From Candidatus Portnoybacteria bacterium CG08_land_8_20_14_0_20_40_83 (lineage in GTDB: Bacteria; Patescibacteriota; Minisyncoccia; Portnoybacterales; GWB1-42-6), in assembly GCA_002774415.1 (NCBI GenBank), contig PEYL01000079.1, positions 1-38,825 of the forward strand: a stretch of 38,825 nt of DNA, written 5' to 3'. How positions within the stretch are numbered: position 1 is the first letter of the stretch; each line of letters begins with the position of its first letter. The position numbers and the translations under genes were made by a program. The notes below the pieces were generated by a model. It made no database searches. It had not been told where the DNA came from and saw nothing but the letters and a program-made list of their open reading frames with translations. Positions 38,628 through 38,825 of this stretch are shown in pieces.

Positions 38628-38825
38628 TTAAAAATCTTTTTGAAGAAATTCCGGAACTTCCTTCAGTTTTTTAACTTTCCAGGAAAGCCCTAATCTCGCC
38701 AACTCCTCCAGGAAAACCTTGGAATCAAACGCTGGATCTTCGGTGTTTTTAACTCCGAACACGCCTTTCCCCCATTTGCCTTCTATGATTAATTTCGCGG
38801 CGACGACTGTCGGAACTGCTGTTGT
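38628..38825 (-). CDS. C-terminal 65 codons of a saccharopine-dehydrogenase-family carboxy(nor)spermidine synthase (5-prime end outside the window)
   Basis: Not in the ORF track. My reverse translation is TTAVPTVVAAKLIIEGKWGKGVFGVKNTEDPAFDSKVFLEELARLGLSWKVKKLKEVPEFLQKDF, with stop TAA at 38630-38628. The G.W...GV....D...F...L...G pattern and its position just upstream of nspC fit CANSDH/CASDH. Confidence 0.6.
   Translation of the reverse strand, partial: TTAVPTVVAAKLIIEGKWGKGVFGVKNTEDPAFDSKVFLEELARLGLSWKVKKLKEVPEFLQKDF

Noticed and set aside
1-38825. Prophage, integrative element or defence island
   Set aside because: I recognised no integrase, transposase, recombinase, capsid/terminase, restriction-modification, toxin-antitoxin or known defence-system genes. 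Apart from 25240-27069, the gene content is housekeeping.

Overview
This is a 38.8-kb, AT-rich, gene-dense chromosomal segment. Its gene content and architecture resemble a reduced-genome Candidate Phyla Radiation (Patescibacteria/Parcubacteria-like) bacterium; that placement is inferred from content and was not searched. I call 38 CDS, 35 of them on the minus strand. Two are missing from the ORF track: a near-complete mreB at the left edge and a 37-aa rpmJ. In coordinate order the window holds: mreB-murA; a PEGA-domain membrane protein and a Cys-rich orphan (plus strand); a split ribosomal/alpha operon (infA-rpmJ-rpsM-rpsK-rpsD-rpoA-rplQ, then rplM-rpsI); a 599-aa membrane protein plus an FtsA-like ATPase; a short-form alaS, mnmA and efp; a three-gene module (sigma-region-4/HARE-HTH protein, 393-aa membrane protein, VirD4/TraD-like ATPase with zinc ribbon); secDF; an RRM/RGG RNA-binding protein; a small accessory patch (interrupted small ORF, four-helix-bundle gene bracketed by 21-bp inverted repeats, ASCH protein, 150-aa orphan); secA; a six-gene polyamine-centred operon (pdaD, deoxyhypusine-synthase-like, DUF2156/MprF-C-like, SET-domain, PurD-like ATP-grasp, speB); hpf; murB; and nspC plus the 3-prime end of a carboxy(nor)spermidine synthase gene. 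I found no rRNA, tRNA, CRISPR array, transposase or integrase. Four things stand out. (1) The polyamine/DHS operon has three unexpected amine-modifying enzymes embedded in it, and a second spermidine route and an atypical efp lie nearby. (2) A family of ~150-165-nt intercistronic elements shows compensatory base-pair changes between copies. (3) The HTH/membrane/VirD4-like ATPase module is split by a 144-nt multi-hairpin element. (4) Several other small repeat families fill nearly every long spacer, and related sequences also occur in-frame inside essential genes (mnmA, alaS, murB, speB). All functional calls rest on motif recognition by eye. No database search was run.
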